From: Macrostomum hystrix
Lineage: Eukaryota > Animalia > Platyhelminthes
Assembly (NCBI GenBank): GCA_950097015.1
Contig: CATNEN010000039.1
Span: 8,432,001-8,496,000 of the forward strand
DNA length: 64,000 nucleotides
Reading direction: 5' to 3'
Numbering within the stretch: the first letter of the stretch is position 1; each line of letters starts with the position of its first letter. A program made the translations under genes and the position numbers. Shown piece after piece: positions 61,889 to 64,000 of this stretch. The notes beneath the pieces are model-generated. The model was not told where the DNA came from. It made no database searches and saw only the letters and a program-made list of their open reading frames with translations.

Positions 61889-63305
61889 TGCTCTCGCAAC
61901 TGCCAACGGTCCTTGATCAAATTTTAACCGCACAGTTTTGGATTTGATTAGTTATGAAAATCAATCAAGACAGTTTTGCATAGCTCGCACTGGAGGTCTG
62001 ACCAGAGGCAGCTGAATATTTTTGTCTTTCGAAATTCGCCTTTACTTTTTCAGTTTTTTCAGTTTACCAGAAGAAAATTTTAATGGCTTTCAGTCCAGCC
62101 AATGAGGATGGAGATTGGGGGAGAGATACAAATTAGTTGCGCAGTGAGCTTACACTCCCAGGCGGATTGTCTACCAGTCAGCCAAGTGCTGTTAATTGGC
62201 ACAAAAACGTCTGAACTAGCAGCGAGAAGGAAAACTACTTCGTCTAAATAAAATCGAGAACTCCAAGCGCTGAAGTCGAAAACTAAGCATATTTAACACC
62301 TCTTTTTTCCACCGACCTTGAAGGCATAACTTTGGAATAACAAGACTTCGGGTTGGGAACCGTGCAGTTTTTATAGCCGCAGACAATAAAAGCGAAATCA
62401 GTTACGCCAATAAAAGCTTTCCCTCCACGCGCATGATGCAGCGAAGTTTTCAACCTCGAGCCAAAAGCCCAACTGATGACTACGGCCATTGGGATTATTG
62501 GGAACAGGCTAACAAGCTTGATGGCGTGTGTGCACTGCGCTGTTGATTCTGGCCAAAATAGGCTCGTCGGAATCATCACGCCTGGCAGGTCTGGAATACC
62601 TGCTAATACAGCCGGAGAACATGACATACATGAGAATAATAGGAAACCACAAACTGGCCTGTGAGAGAGACATTGCGCACTGTAAGACCGAAAATCGCTT
62701 ATGAAAACAGAACATGTCCAAAATGAAGAGTCGAGGTAGAGAACGAAACTAATATTCTCTCAAGATGCGATTGGTCCGTTTATGTTCTAATTAGAAACAT
62801 ATTCATAGAGAAAGTGGCAGGCACTGTTGGAAATTTCGAAAGCCTAACAGCTGATGACAAAATGGTGTATTTATAATGACACAGAAAAGCACAGAATTAA
62901 CAGAAAGTTTTGTTGACTTCATAGAAAGCATACTTGAAGATTAAAAAAGCCACACTGCCATGAGACCCATAGTTAGAATGCTTAATTATAGTTTGAGTTT
63001 TCGTTTTCTTATATTTGATCGTAACTCGCAAAAACACAAAAGCTATTCTCCTTTCGGGAGCGAAGTGATTTGAGTCGCAGTTTTAACTTTCTCTTCAAAT
63101 TTCAATATTTCAAAAAACGAACAAAAAAGTTTTTTGTTTTAATGCCTTTGTTTACAAATTTCAAATATTTTATTCACCTAAAATTAATCCTATGCATGCA
63201 TGCTACTGTTTTCTATCGCCTTTTTTTAAATCGAATCGTTCAGCATTGTTACCAACATCAAATAAACAAAAAGTTAGTACTTAATCGGCGTGCGCATCTC
63301 AATAA

Positions 63306-63306
63306 A

Positions 63307-63336
<30 letters not shown>
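63306..63336. repeat. (AAT)n microsatellite
   Basis: About 10 copies. Confidence 0.9.
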
Positions 63337-63337
<1 letters not shown>

Positions 63338-64000
63338 TCACGAGCGATCGTAAGTAAACTATGAATGAAAAGCTGTTTAGGTGTGTTATAATTTTTATTC
63401 TCAGGTCTTTTATTCGAGAAACTATGCAAAATCAATTAGTTTTTACGTGTTTTTACGTATTGACATGACAAAAATGCAAGATAAAAAATGAATTAAATCA
63501 CGCTACTATTTAGATTATAAAAACAAGCGCGTGTTGCTAAGAAAGCGAAAGTTGGCTACATCGAGACTGTCATTTGTGCTCTGTAATTTGCCAGTATCTC
63601 TGTTCTTGTTCTGTTAATTGTTCGTCTTCTTAAACCATCAAATACAGGACCTTGTCTGATGTACTTACTAGTTAAAAGTTTTTAACTTTGTTGGAAATTT
63701 CAACTGTTTCGGATTTAAATTTACGTTTACTAGAGATTTGATTTACTTGACAAATTACCATCGTAAAAAAGTAAAAGTTGCAATTTTAGCTGAATCACAG
63801 TAGACACGCGGGCGCCGTCCTGAGCCCTGGGGTGACTTCTCGCCGGGGTAAGACAGATATGAGGCCGGGTCGCACGCTGATTGGCCAGGACTGTTGCCCG
63901 GGGTAGCGCTCGCGGGGTAGTCGGCATCTGCCCACCTGGCTGGCCCGGGAAATAACACGGGTCTAAAAATAAACTACGCGACAACTGAATAATGCAAAAT

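Overview
Eukaryotic (metazoan) genomic DNA with GC-rich spliced exons in AT-rich, repeat-dense introns and intergenic DNA. The style (short introns, about 20 locus-specific 14-40 bp minisatellites) resembles a free-living flatworm such as Macrostomum, but that is an inference. Host genes reconstructed by hand with phase-consistent splice sites: a GH3/GHDC-like gene (minus, runs off the left edge), an alpha2-adrenergic/octopamine-alpha2-like GPCR (minus), a Tec/Btk-family tyrosine kinase (plus, 8 exons), a Rabaptin-5-like FYVE protein (minus, 8 exons) and a Wnt ligand (minus, 5 exons). Mobile DNA includes an intact, very young Ty3/Gypsy element (294-bp LTRs that look identical, CATG TSD, -1 frameshift), a solo LTR inside a satellite, five copies of a tRNA-derived SINE, several non-autonomous TIR elements and Merlin/ISXO2-like remnants. 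The least expected feature is an intronless 292-aa HD-fold/DUF5662-like gene (38157-39035), a family I know mainly from phages, giant viruses and bacteria. It lies between diverged direct repeats that each follow a satellite array.
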